Positions 33,604-43,688 of a stretch of DNA of 64,000 bases are shown piece after piece. How positions within the stretch are numbered: position 1 is the stretch's first letter; each line of letters opens with the position of its first letter. A program made the position numbers and the translations under genes. Source of the stretch: an uncultured Muribaculaceae bacterium (lineage in GTDB: Bacteria > Bacillota_I > Bacilli_A > RF39 > UBA660); NCBI GenBank assembly GCA_964650315.1, contig CAZYQE010000005.1, positions 23,076 through 87,075 of the forward strand, in the 5' to 3' direction. Below the pieces are notes generated by a model. It worked only from the letters and a program-made list of their open reading frames with translations, was not told the DNA's origin and did no database searches.

Positions 33604-34442
33604 TTTATCACCCTATATATAGTATTTTTAAAGAAGAACCCCGTATTATCACCTAGTTTTTTATATTTAGAAATATATTCATCATCTCTACACTCATTAG
33701 AAATATATTCTTTAGTATCTTTAACTAATTCTAAGAAATCATCTATTTCTCTCATTAAAATATAAGAAGTACCACTATTATATAACTCTTTAATTACACT
33801 AGTACCATTTAATACTTCATCCAAAATAAATCCAGTACCAGCATTTTCTTCTTTAACAATATACTCTTTATTAGTAACTTTCTCTAATACTTTTAAGTCT
33901 TTAAAATTACTATTATTATCTTTGTTGTAGTTAGTTACTAATTTTCTTTTACTAAAACCAACACTAGGTAGGCTAACTACTTCTACTATTGTATTAATCT
34001 TAGATAATTTATTTATAGTTTTAATCTCATCCAAAGTAATCTCTTTAGAAACAAGTGCATACTTAACACCTTTATCATAATAATAATTACAAGTCTTATA
34101 ATTATTAACCATATGAGTTTGACTCCATACTAAGTCTATATCTAGCTTTAATTCTTTAACTAATTGTAATACACATATATCATAAAACATAACTTTTACA
34201 TTTAATTTAGATAATTTTAGTAATATATCTTTTAAAGAATCTATCTCATCATTAAATATATTTTTATCTATTTTTACAAACATTTCTAAGTCTTCATACT
34301 TATTAGATAATTCTTTTATTTCATCTATATCATAAACTACATTATTAAACACAGAAAAATTACGAAGTCCTAGTACAACTCCATCTATATAGTCAACATA
34401 ATCATTAATATTTTTCTTATTTAACTCAGTAATTAATTTCAT
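33600..34442 (-). CDS. trhP1: U32-related protein (YrrN-like partner)
   Basis: 280 aa, coupled by a 4-nt overlap to the U32 gene. It occupies the yrrN position between the O-methyltransferase and the U32 gene. Motif support is weak. Confidence 0.5.
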   Translation of the reverse strand: MKLITELNKKNINDYVDYIDGVVLGLRNFSVFNNVVYDIDEIKELSNKYEDLEMFVKIDKNIFNDEIDSLKDILLKLSKLNVKVMFYDICVLQLVKELKLDIDLVWSQTHMVNNYKTCNYYYDKGVKYALVSKEITLDEIKTINKLSKINTIVEVVSLPSVGFSKRKLVTNYNKDNNSNFKDLKVLEKVTNKEYIVKEENAGTGFILDEVLNGTSVIKELYNSGTSYILMREIDDFLELVKDTKEYISNECRDDEYISKYKKLGDNTGFFFKNTIYRVIK

Positions 34443-34493
34443 GCGACACCTCAGTCGTATTATACAATAATTAATAAAAAAAAGATAGTAAAA

Positions 34494-35093
34494 CTATCCT
34501 TTTACACTTACAGAAATACCATCACCTAGATCATAAAACTCTGTATAGAAATTTTTATTTTTCTTTAAAAACTCTTTATATTCTTTAATCTTTCTAACTA
34601 ACGCCCTAACATTTCTGTTTTTAATATCTTCTTCATCTTTAAATACCATTCCATGAAAATTTAAATTATCAGTAATAATAGCACCACCAGTATTTAAATT
34701 ATTTTCAAACATTTTAAAGAATTTCATATTTTGAGCTTTAGCAGCATCTATAAATATTAAATCATATTCATCTTCTAATTTAACATTAGCAGCATCATTA
34801 TAAATTAAAGTGATTCTATCTTCTAAATCTAACTTCTTAATATTATTTAAAGCTTCTAAGTATCTTTTTTCATCCCTCTCTATAGTAGTAACTTTAACAT
34901 TAGGACTACAAAGACACATCATAATAGCAGAATATCCTACTGCAGTACCTATTTCCAAGATATTTTTAACTTGTTTTTTTATAATATAATTAGTTAAAAA
35001 ATTAATTCCATCATCCATCATAATAGGCACTTTATTATTTAAAGCATCTTCTCTTATTTTTTTAACCATTGAATACTTTTCTACCATATCCAA
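34494..35093 (-). CDS. trmR: SAM-dependent O-methyltransferase (YrrM/TrmR-like)
   Basis: 199 aa class I methyltransferase with ILEIGTAVGYSAIMM and LIFIDAAK (family 3 O-MTase pattern). It is syntenic with B. subtilis yrrM next to mltG. Confidence 0.7.
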   Translation of the reverse strand: MDMVEKYSMVKKIREDALNNKVPIMMDDGINFLTNYIIKKQVKNILEIGTAVGYSAIMMCLCSPNVKVTTIERDEKRYLEALNNIKKLDLEDRITLIYNDAANVKLEDEYDLIFIDAAKAQNMKFFKMFENNLNTGGAIITDNLNFHGMVFKDEEDIKNRNVRALVRKIKEYKEFLKKNKNFYTEFYDLGDGISVSVKG

Positions 35094-36163
35094 TCACCCT
35101 TTTCTTTAAGTTCTTTTACTTTTTTATCATGTTCAGCCATAGTATTTGTATAATATATTTTTCCATGTTTATCCGCAACAAAGAATATATAATTATTAGT
35201 AGTAGGATATAAACTAGCTTTAATACTAGATAATCCTGGATTACATATAGGCCCAACTGGCATTTTACCGTTCATAGTTTTACTTCTAGTATTATATGGA
35301 TTAACAGTATTAAATTGTTTAGCTGTTAAATCACTAGTCATAGGATATTGTAATGCATAATAAGTAGTAACATCACTACCTAAACTCATATTTTTCTTTA
35401 ATCTATTATTAAATATTCCTACAATCATCTTTCTATTCTTAGTATTAGTACCCTCTAATTCTACAATAGAAGCCATAGTAATATAGTGATGTACTCTATT
35501 ACCTAAAACACTCTTATAAGGAGTAAGTTTTCTATCTGTTTCATTTAATATTTTTTCTATAATTTCTTTTACAGATATTTTATTACTCTTAAATTCATAT
35601 GTATCTGGAAATAAATATCCTTCTAATGGATAATAAATATCATTATTTAAAATACTATCACTTAAGAACCAATATTTATTTATTAACTCTTTAGTATAAG
35701 TTTTATCACTGACTACATTAATTACATCTTCATATGTATTAGTAGTATGAGCCGCAATCTTTCTAGCATAATCTGTTACTCTTAATCCTTCTTTAAAGGT
35801 TATTCTAATATGATCTGGATTATAATTATTACCATCATGTAATATATCTATAATCTGATTCATAGACATACTTTTACTTAAAGCATATTTAGATGCTTTT
35901 AAGCTTCTTCTACCAGTAATGGTTGCTGCTACATGGAAAAATGCTTTACTTCTAATTAAATCTTTCTTCTTTAAAATATCTGCAATATCTCCTACTCCAG
36001 AACCTTTAGGAATAACTACAATAACTTCACTTTTATCTAAAGGATTAATTGGTCTACCTATAAAACTAAAAATACCACCAAGCAGCAACAAAAAACTCCC
36101 CAATACTATAAGTATTGCGGCAAAAGACTTATATTTGAATTTAAGCTTTTTCTTTACTGCCAT
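35081..36163 (-). CDS. mltG: endolytic murein transglycosylase MltG (YceG-like)
   Basis: 360 aa with an N-terminal TM and the YceG motifs FLSD...YPLEGYLFPDTYEF, ITMASIVELE and NPYNTR...PVGPICNPG. Confidence 0.9.
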   Translation of the reverse strand: MAVKKKLKFKYKSFAAILIVLGSFLLLLGGIFSFIGRPINPLDKSEVIVVIPKGSGVGDIADILKKKDLIRSKAFFHVAATITGRRSLKASKYALSKSMSMNQIIDILHDGNNYNPDHIRITFKEGLRVTDYARKIAAHTTNTYEDVINVVSDKTYTKELINKYWFLSDSILNNDIYYPLEGYLFPDTYEFKSNKISVKEIIEKILNETDRKLTPYKSVLGNRVHHYITMASIVELEGTNTKNRKMIVGIFNNRLKKNMSLGSDVTTYYALQYPMTSDLTAKQFNTVNPYNTRSKTMNGKMPVGPICNPGLSSIKASLYPTTNNYIFFVADKHGKIYYTNTMAEHDKKVKELKEKGDWIW

Positions 36164-36190
36164 AATTAACCTCCAGAAAAAAACAAAGAG

Positions 36191-36484
36191 TTATTCTTCT
36201 TCATTATTAGATGTAGATTGCTTTTGTACTTCTTCTTGTAATGTTTCTAAGATTGTTTCAATAACCTTCCATTCTTTTTCTGTAGTAATCGCTTCAAATT
36301 TACTATTAGGATTTTCAGGATCATAAATTGAAGCATAAACTTGTATATTACCTTCTTCATCTTTAGTATTATCTGTATATACTATATAACTCTTCTTAGT
36401 TTCATCACTATCAAAAGTAAATAAAACATCATAAACTGTTTCTTTCCCCTTATCATCTATCATTGTAAATGTATTCTTTTTCAT
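36191..36484 (-). CDS. DUF1292 family protein (YrzB-like)
   Basis: 97 aa with TMIDDKGKETVYDVLFTFDSDETKKSYIVYTDN...IQVYASIYDP. It occupies the conserved position between ruvX and mltG. Confidence 0.75.
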   Translation of the reverse strand: MKKNTFTMIDDKGKETVYDVLFTFDSDETKKSYIVYTDNTKDEEGNIQVYASIYDPENPNSKFEAITTEKEWKVIETILETLQEEVQKQSTSNNEEE

Positions 36485-36900
36485 TGTCTATTCTCCTTAT
36501 CTAAATATGATTGTAATATTATAGTAGCTGCAACACTATCAACTACTTTTTTTCTATTTTTACGTGACACATTACCACTAATTAATACATCAGTAGCACT
36601 TTTAGTAGATAATCTTTCATCTTCTAAATATATTGGAATAGATAACTTAGATTCTAACTTTTCTTTAAAACTTTTACTAAGTTCTCCTTTAGGCCCAATA
36701 GTATTATTCATATTCTTAGGAAACCCTAATACTATAGCATCTATATCTTCTTCTTTAACTATATTAACTACATCATTTACTAATCTATTATACTCTTCAT
36801 TATGATTAATAGTTTTATAACTAGACGCAATTAACCCAGTCTTATCACTAATAGATATACCTAAAGTTCTACTACCTAAATCAAGTCCTAAATATCTCAT
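36481..36900 (-). CDS. ruvX: Holliday junction resolvase-like / pre-16S rRNA nuclease RuvX (YqgF)
   Basis: 139 aa with [19 protein letters not shown]...AIVLGFPKNMNNTIG...DERLST. Confidence 0.9.
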   Translation of the reverse strand: MRYLGLDLGSRTLGISISDKTGLIASSYKTINHNEEYNRLVNDVVNIVKEEDIDAIVLGFPKNMNNTIGPKGELSKSFKEKLESKLSIPIYLEDERLSTKSATDVLISGNVSRKNRKKVVDSVAATIILQSYLDKENRQ

Positions 36901-37148
36901 TAAGCCTTCTTTTGGAATTCTTTTAAAAGTACTTCCATTATCTTAGCTCTATCCACTTCTTGAATCTTATTTCTAGCATCTTTATAACTAGAAATATATC
37001 CAGGATCACCACTAATAAGATAACCAACTATTTGATTAATAGGATTATAACCTCTCTCTTCTAAAGCATCATAAACATCTTTTAAAATAGCTCTAATAAC
37101 TCCAGAATCAATCTTTTCTAAATCAAATAAACTAGTTTTATCAGTCAT
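36900..37148 (-). CDS. IreB family regulatory phosphoprotein (UPF0297/DUF965, YrzL-like)
   Basis: 82 aa with [38 protein letters not shown], located directly upstream of ruvX. Confidence 0.8.
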   Translation of the reverse strand: MTDKTSLFDLEKIDSGVIRAILKDVYDALEERGYNPINQIVGYLISGDPGYISSYKDARNKIQEVDRAKIMEVLLKEFQKKA

Positions 37149-37209
37149 TGTATCACCTCATCACAATCTATATTATAATTCTAACAAAATTTTATAATAA
37201 TTACAATAA

Positions 37210-38352
37210 TTAACCCACTTTAAATACAAATGCCATATATATAACAAATGCTAGGAATAAAGCTGATATTATAAACCCGTTTACTCTTTCAAAAGTAGTA
37301 CTTTTACCATCAACACCTAGTCCTACAGAAATAATACTACCTCCAATAAGACCACCTATATGAGCAAAATTATCTACACCTGTAAGCATAAAACCTAAAG
37401 CTAAATTTAATACTATTAATGGTAATATTTGACTCTTAATTACATTACCTAGATAAACTCTATAATGATATCCAAAATATACTAAAGAACCCATAAGTCC
37501 AAATATAGCTCCACTAGCTCCAATAGAAGCTGCATCATTAAAAGTCATAGATAAAAGAGAACCCATCAATCCAGAGAATAAATAAATAATAATATATTTT
37601 AACTTACCATAAAAATTTTCTATTTGACTTCCAAGTACAAATAAAGCATAACAGTTAAATAACAAGTGTAATATACTACCATGTAAGAAAATACCAGTAA
37701 TTAAACGATAATATTCTCCCGCTCTAATACTATCTGCATGTACACAAAAACTATCTATAATATTAGGATATATTCCTAATACATAAGGAATTACAAAACA
37801 TAATACATTTATACCAATAAGTATATAAGTAATAATAGGTAACTTCTCTTTAAATACCTTATTAACCTTTTCAGCATCTTTCTTATTATGTTCATTTATA
37901 TCATTAGTAATCTTAGAAAACAACTCTATTCCCTCTTCATTATAAGTTAACTTCTTAACTAAATCAGGAAAAGACTTCTTAATTAAATCACTATTATCTA
38001 AATCATCTTCACTCTCTACTTTTATATAATTAAAGTTAGAAACATCTTTATTAGAAACATTATCTCCTAAATCTAAAAATATACTTAAAGAATTCATACT
38101 TAAAGATAAAGTCTTTTTCTTTATCTTCTTCATGATTCTCTTAGTTTTAAACACATCAAAATTAAATTGCTCATCATTATGTATATAATTAGAAACAATT
38201 CTTACTACTTTATAATCTTCATCTAAATTTTCTAACCAAATCTCATTTTCTACCCCTTGTAGAATAATAGGATTATAATTCTTCTCTGTAATAAAATAAT
38301 GAAGTAACTTCATAACCATAATGTTTTTATCATCTAATAGATCTGTATTCAT
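37210..38352 (-). CDS. rhomboid family intramembrane serine protease with cytoplasmic N-terminal domain
   Basis: 380 aa. The C-terminal 6-TM core has YRLITGIFLHGSILHLLFN, the catalytic GASGAIFGLMG and AHIGGLIGG. Confidence 0.85.
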   Translation of the reverse strand: MNTDLLDDKNIMVMKLLHYFITEKNYNPIILQGVENEIWLENLDEDYKVVRIVSNYIHNDEQFNFDVFKTKRIMKKIKKKTLSLSMNSLSIFLDLGDNVSNKDVSNFNYIKVESEDDLDNSDLIKKSFPDLVKKLTYNEEGIELFSKITNDINEHNKKDAEKVNKVFKEKLPIITYILIGINVLCFVIPYVLGIYPNIIDSFCVHADSIRAGEYYRLITGIFLHGSILHLLFNCYALFVLGSQIENFYGKLKYIIIYLFSGLMGSLLSMTFNDAASIGASGAIFGLMGSLVYFGYHYRVYLGNVIKSQILPLIVLNLALGFMLTGVDNFAHIGGLIGGSIISVGLGVDGKSTTFERVNGFIISALFLAFVIYMAFVFKVG

Positions 38353-38420
38353 TAAATTTCCTCCTAAAATACTAATATTATTATAACCTAAAACATAAAA
38401 TAAAGAAAGAGGTGTTGATT

Positions 38421-38876
38421 ATGAAAAAAATATTATTATTTATAGGTTTATTATTACCTTGGTTTTTATCTTCTCTACTACCAGTAGATTACAATTATTA
38501 TAAAACTTTAACTCTACCCTTCTTCGCTCCACCAAATATATTTTATATAATAGCTTGGACTATCACTTATATATTTATTACTATAAGTATCTACCAAGTA
38601 ATCACAAAATATGAACTTAAAAATATACCTAAAAATTATAAAAATATATTAATTATAAATTATATATTTAATCAAAGTTTTCAATTAGTATTTTTTATAC
38701 TAAAGAATAATTTTCTAGGTTTTATATCATGTTTAGGAACATTTATAACTCTATTACTATTAAGAAAAGAAACAAAATCTATTAATAAGAAAAGTAATAA
38801 ATATTTAATTCCATATTTATTACTATCTATATTCGCAACTATATTATCTTTATCTATATATTTATTAAACCTATAA
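38421..38876 (+). CDS. TspO/MBR family membrane protein
   Basis: ~151 aa with five hydrophobic helices. The Trp/Pro-rich N-terminal pattern (LPWFLSS...LTLPFFAPPNIFYIIAWTITY) resembles TspO. The start at 38421 follows the SD AAGAGGTG. Confidence 0.55.
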   Translation: MKKILLFIGLLLPWFLSSLLPVDYNYYKTLTLPFFAPPNIFYIIAWTITYIFITISIYQVITKYELKNIPKNYKNILIINYIFNQSFQLVFFILKNNFLGFISCLGTFITLLLLRKETKSINKKSNKYLIPYLLLSIFATILSLSIYLLNL

Positions 38877-38877
38877 T

Positions 38878-38901
38878 AAAAAACGTCAATATGACGTTTT
38901 T
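38878..38901. terminator. bidirectional hairpin terminator between convergent genes
   Basis: AAAACGTCA-ATA-TGACGTTTT, flanked by A-runs and T-runs on both sides. Confidence 0.6.
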
Positions 38902-39163
38902 AATTTATATTCATTTCTTTTTTTAATACTTTACCTGACATTTTCTTCTTTATCTTCCTACACTCATTAGCATTAAAAGCTACTACTATAGCAGGAATAA
39001 CAACAAAAGACGACATAAGAGAAAGAACTGATAAATCATAAATATGTAAATTAGAAATGCCAACATTTAAAGCAGCACCTGTTACTGTAGCAACTGTTCC
39101 AATCTTCATATTTCTTTTACTTTCAGCTAAACTAGTTTTTAAATTCATCTCTTTATCCGCCAT
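38900..39163 (-). CDS. small membrane protein
   Basis: 87 aa with two hydrophobic helices. No family was recognised. Confidence 0.4.
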   Translation of the reverse strand: MADKEMNLKTSLAESKRNMKIGTVATVTGAALNVGISNLHIYDLSVLSLMSSFVVIPAIVVAFNANECRKIKKKMSGKVLKKEMNIN

Positions 39164-39235
39164 CTAATAACCCTCTTTCTTTATATAAGTGACATTTACT
39201 ATAACACAGAAGATATATAAAAACAAGCATAAAAA

Positions 39236-41500
39236 TTATGCTTGTTTCTTATAATCTTTAGCAATATTAATCACTTTAGTTAATTCTTCTTCAAGTTTTT
39301 CAAAATTATCATTTACAAAGCCACTATCATTTTCTTTGCTCTTTAATTCATGCTGATATGCAATATCAGCAAAATCCATAAATCCTAAGTATTTAGCATC
39401 ACTCTTCATAGAATGTACTAATACACTATATTCTTTCATATTATTCTCTTCTTTATATTTCTTTAACTCTTCTAACTTAGAATCTATTTCACTTAAATAG
39501 TCATCCAACGTATCATTATACATTTCCATATCACCAAGTAATTCTAATGCCTTATCCATATCTACACCATTATCTCTTAAATACTTCTCTCCATCAAAAC
39601 TACTATCTTCTTTGGATTCTTCTTCTACAGGTTTTTCTTCTACTTCCATAGATTCATCTGCCTTAATTTCAGTACCATCCAATACTCTATTCATAACAGT
39701 AATCAAATCATTCTTCTCTATTGGTTTTGCTAAATAATCATCAAAACCACTAGATAAATATTTCTCTTTCATACCAGTAATAGCGTTAGCTGTTAAAGCA
39801 ACTACAGGAATATTAAATCCATCTATTTCTTTTAACTTATTAAGTGTTTCAACACCACTCATCTTAGGCATCATATCATCAAGTAATATAACATCATACT
39901 TATTACCAGCATTTATTTTATCTAAGCATTCAAATCCACTCTCAACACAATCTATATCAGTAGCATTATATCTACCTAATAGTTTAGTTGCGACTTTTAG
40001 ATTTAAAGTATTATCATCTACTAATAATATTTTCTTATTACTTAAATCCAAGCTATCACTAACAGTTTTCTTTTCTTCTTTAATTTCTTCTTTTTCTATT
40101 TTTTGAGTTAACATAACAGTAAATTTACTACCTTCACCATAAACAGTATGAACTATTATCTTACCACCCATTAACTCAACTAACTGTTTAGTAATTGCAA
40201 GTCCTAAACCTGTTCCTTCTATAGTAGTATTTTTATCTTCTTCCACTCTTTGGAATTTAGTAAATAATTTATCAACACTTTCTTTCTTAATTCCACGACC
40301 AGAATCCTCTACAGAGATTATTAATTTACAAGTATCATTATTTCTAATACAATGAACTTCATACTTAACAAAACCTTTATCAGTATATTTAGAAGCATTA
40401 CTTAATAAATTAGTAACAACTTTCTTTATACTAGCATGATCTCCATATAATACTGGTGGTAAATCAGGCGCAATATAGTATTTAAAATCTAATGCTTTAT
40501 CATCCATTTTAGGTTTAATTAACTTAGCTAATTCTTCAAACAATTCTTTAGAATCATAATCAGAATTAACTATTTCAAGTTTACCTGCTTCTATCTTAGA
40601 AATATCTAAAATACCATTAACTATTTCAAGTAAAGTCTCAGAAGCATTAACTATATCTTTAGCATTCTCTTTAGCTTCATCTAAACTTTCAGCCTCTGTT
40701 ATACAATCACTAAAACCAACTATAGCATTTAATGGTGTTCTAATCTCATGAGACATACTGCTTAAGAAATCAGTCTTAGCCCTATTAGCTTTATCAGCAC
40801 TACTCTTAGCAATTTCTAACTGTTCTATCATTTTCATATCCGGGTTTTCTATCGTGAAATACATTATATAACTTAAGAATGTTAACGTAAAAGACACTAT
40901 TACTAGGGTTGGATTGTATTTTTGTAACAAAAGATTTATTAACAACAACATAAACACAACAAATATAGGCAAATATTTTATATTTAATAATTTTTTATAA
41001 TGCTTTATTGATAATAATACCCATGATATCATAAAAACCAAAAGTATAATTCTCATAAAATCAACTGATAGTCCATAGGAATACATTAATGTTCCCTGCC
41101 TAAAAATTGATATTGGTAAAAACATTATAATAACGTTAAGAGATACACACAAAAAATTGTGCATTTTATTAATGATTGCATACCTATTCATAAATTTTTT
41201 AGCATCATAATTATTACTAGGCTTAAATATATAAAATATATACTTAGAAAATATAGTAAACCACAACACAATTGAAACCAAATAAATTTTGCCCATTATT
41301 TTTAATAAAAAATTATCTTGATTTAAATTTAAAGTCAATATTTGCAATAACAACTCTGAAAAAATACTAAATAATCCAACAAATATAAGCCTTTTAAAAA
41401 GTCTATTTTCCAAAGAATCAATATGCTGCTTTATAATATAAAAAAATAAAAGTAAAAGTGAAAATCCTATACAAACACCAAAATATATATAATTCCACAT
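39236..41500 (-). CDS. hybrid sensor histidine kinase / response regulator with C-terminal HPt domain
   Basis: 754 aa with a ~7-TM N-terminal sensor, HisKA H-box SHEIRTPLNAI and HATPase motifs DSGRGI and GTGLGLAI. The REC domain has ILLVDDNTLNLKV...DVILLDDMMPKMSG and the HPt-like motif is VHSMKSDAKYLG. Confidence 0.9.
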   Translation of the reverse strand: MWNYIYFGVCIGFSLLLLFFYIIKQHIDSLENRLFKRLIFVGLFSIFSELLLQILTLNLNQDNFLLKIMGKIYLVSIVLWFTIFSKYIFYIFKPSNNYDAKKFMNRYAIINKMHNFLCVSLNVIIMFLPISIFRQGTLMYSYGLSVDFMRIILLVFMISWVLLSIKHYKKLLNIKYLPIFVVFMLLLINLLLQKYNPTLVIVSFTLTFLSYIMYFTIENPDMKMIEQLEIAKSSADKANRAKTDFLSSMSHEIRTPLNAIVGFSDCITEAESLDEAKENAKDIVNASETLLEIVNGILDISKIEAGKLEIVNSDYDSKELFEELAKLIKPKMDDKALDFKYYIAPDLPPVLYGDHASIKKVVTNLLSNASKYTDKGFVKYEVHCIRNNDTCKLIISVEDSGRGIKKESVDKLFTKFQRVEEDKNTTIEGTGLGLAITKQLVELMGGKIIVHTVYGEGSKFTVMLTQKIEKEEIKEEKKTVSDSLDLSNKKILLVDDNTLNLKVATKLLGRYNATDIDCVESGFECLDKINAGNKYDVILLDDMMPKMSGVETLNKLKEIDGFNIPVVALTANAITGMKEKYLSSGFDDYLAKPIEKNDLITVMNRVLDGTEIKADESMEVEEKPVEEESKEDSSFDGEKYLRDNGVDMDKALELLGDMEMYNDTLDDYLSEIDSKLEELKKYKEENNMKEYSVLVHSMKSDAKYLGFMDFADIAYQHELKSKENDSGFVNDNFEKLEEELTKVINIAKDYKKQA

Positions 41501-41563
41501 CCAGCATCACCTATTATAAATTATACCATATTTTATTAAAAATAAAAAACAAAAATTATAGTA

Positions 41564-43546
41564 TTATAATTTTTGCTTCTTATATACTTTGTTTTCTACT
41601 TTTTCATGGTTTTCTTTATATACATCTAATTCAACTTCTTCATAAAATACATTATATTCCTCACCATTTTTATACTTTTTAAACCCATCTAAATCTTTAG
41701 TTCTTGGTTTTAACGTTGTTGGATCAATTGGTAGAGAATCTACATGCTCTTTATATCCTCCCATTTTTATTTTTTTAGTTGCAAAATATTCATCTAACTT
41801 TTGCAAAATTTCTTTTTGATCCCTTTTTTCTGTTTCCTTTTGAACAAAATAAGTTACAAGAGATGGATCAGCATCCTTTATTGCTTTTTTTTCAATTATT
41901 ATATCATAAAGATTAAATTTCTCTCTAGCACCATTTGCAAGATCAAACAAATAATTAACATTGTTATTTACAATTATGTTATTCTTTACTCTTCCATAGC
42001 AATATATATTTCCATTATTATCTATTTCACATAAATCACCACTATGTATCCATCCATCGACCATCGTATTCTCTGTTAATTCTTTTTTGCCATAGTATCC
42101 TTCCATATTTGATGGAGCTTTAATCCATAACTCTCCACGTTTTCCAGTCCCATACGGTAATTCATTACCATTTTTATCAAATAATCCCACTAAATATCCT
42201 GGAAGTGGAGCCCCTACACTAATAACTGGTTTTTTGTTTTCTGATTCTCTATAGTTTCCATTGTATTTATTGACAGATAACACTCCAAAAACTTCAGAAA
42301 ATCCATAACCTACACATATATCTCTTTGAGATCCTCTATCTCTTAATACTTCGTTCATATGGTTTAATATTTCCGGTGTTGTTCCAGAACCACCCATAAT
42401 AAAGTAATCAATCCATGACAAATCGTGCTTCTTACCTTTTCTTTCATTTTTTAAGATATCTTGAACAAATTTTTCCCATACAGAACCTGTAGTTATAGTT
42501 ATATCTGGTTTTTGTTTCATCAATTGGGAATACCACAAAGACGTATCTACTCTTGGATCAAAAATAATTGTACCTCCAGTAAACGTTGGCAACAGTTGTA
42601 AACAATTTATGGATGTGGATGCCGTAGGAGGTAAACAAGTTAACGTTCTTTTACCCTCTGTAAATCCTGTCTCAGCATTTATTGTGCAAGCAAGTGAAGC
42701 TAGCATGCTCTCATTAGTATCCATAATTCCTTTCACAACATGACTTGTAGTACCACTAGATGTAGTAATACCAGCAATAGCATTTGGTGTAAATTCTTGC
42801 TTATAATTACCAGTAAAATATTTTGCCATTTTTACCGCATCATCTGTCCATACAAACTTAGGACTTTTTGGAACTGTGTGCCCTTTCTTTCTAGAAAAGT
42901 ATTCTTTCAATTTCATTAATTCACGCAAAGGAAACATCATAGAGTCAGCAGCAGATGTAACAATAATATTTTTAAATCTTGGATTACTAAACACATCAGA
43001 AACGTTTTCCCATAAGGCATCAAAAACTACGGCTATTTTTGCTTCTTTTGTTTCAATATCAAGAGCTGCTTTTGAAATATCTAATTTTTGATAATATGGA
43101 ATCGCTCCTATTGAGTTACATGCGAAAAAAATCGCAAAAGATTCTGGAGTAGAAGGAACATACAAAGGAACATAATCGCCTTTTTCTACTCCTAAAGCCC
43201 TTAAAGTCCTAGCCCAAGTTTCAACATATTCATGAAAATCTTCCCTAGATATTATTCGACCAAAATATTCTATTAATGGTATATCAGAATATTTTTCTAA
43301 CATTTCTTCCGTTACATCCCAAATTGTCCTATTTGCAATATATTTTGAATCACGCGAAGAATCATAATTTTTATATTGCTGCAACCACGGCTGGTCAATA
43401 GTAGCATATCCAGTTTTTTCTCCATTATTAATTTTTTGTAACAATTCATTTTTCTGTTCACTAGTAAGATTAACAGTAATTCTCTTATAGGATTCCCATT
43501 TTTCTTTTTCTTTTTTTAATTCTTCAATCTCATTTTTCATATTCAT
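41564..43546 (-). CDS. ANL-superfamily adenylate-forming enzyme (acyl-CoA synthetase-like)
   Basis: 660 aa with core motifs TSSGTTSHVVKG, GYGFSE, GELWIKAPS and WIHSGDL. Confidence 0.85.
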   Translation of the reverse strand: MNMKNEIEELKKEKEKWESYKRITVNLTSEQKNELLQKINNGEKTGYATIDQPWLQQYKNYDSSRDSKYIANRTIWDVTEEMLEKYSDIPLIEYFGRIISREDFHEYVETWARTLRALGVEKGDYVPLYVPSTPESFAIFFACNSIGAIPYYQKLDISKAALDIETKEAKIAVVFDALWENVSDVFSNPRFKNIIVTSAADSMMFPLRELMKLKEYFSRKKGHTVPKSPKFVWTDDAVKMAKYFTGNYKQEFTPNAIAGITTSSGTTSHVVKGIMDTNESMLASLACTINAETGFTEGKRTLTCLPPTASTSINCLQLLPTFTGGTIIFDPRVDTSLWYSQLMKQKPDITITTGSVWEKFVQDILKNERKGKKHDLSWIDYFIMGGSGTTPEILNHMNEVLRDRGSQRDICVGYGFSEVFGVLSVNKYNGNYRESENKKPVISVGAPLPGYLVGLFDKNGNELPYGTGKRGELWIKAPSNMEGYYGKKELTENTMVDGWIHSGDLCEIDNNGNIYCYGRVKNNIIVNNNVNYLFDLANGAREKFNLYDIIIEKKAIKDADPSLVTYFVQKETEKRDQKEILQKLDEYFATKKIKMGGYKEHVDSLPIDPTTLKPRTKDLDGFKKYKNGEEYNVFYEEVELDVYKENHEKVENKVYKKQKL

Positions 43547-43601
43547 CCCCCATTAATTGCGCTATATTATATCATATTTTGTTATTAATATCAACTTATA
43601 C

Positions 43602-43635
43602 ATAAAAAATATAATACTTATATAAGTATTATATT
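43602..43635 (-). terminator. A/T-only hairpin terminator after the NUDIX gene
   Basis: Perfect 28-bp palindrome AATATAATACTTAT|ATAAGTATTATATT (43608-43635), followed on the minus strand by TTTTTT. Confidence 0.5.
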
Positions 43636-43688
43636 ATAAAATTATCTTTTTCTCAACTTATGTAATAATTGGTAAAATATGGTAATTA

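Noticed and set aside
43608-43635. The perfect 28-bp palindrome as a transcription-factor operator.
   Set aside because: It sits directly downstream of a stop codon and is followed by a T-run on the coding strand, so an intrinsic terminator is the simpler explanation. A dual role as an operator cannot be excluded.
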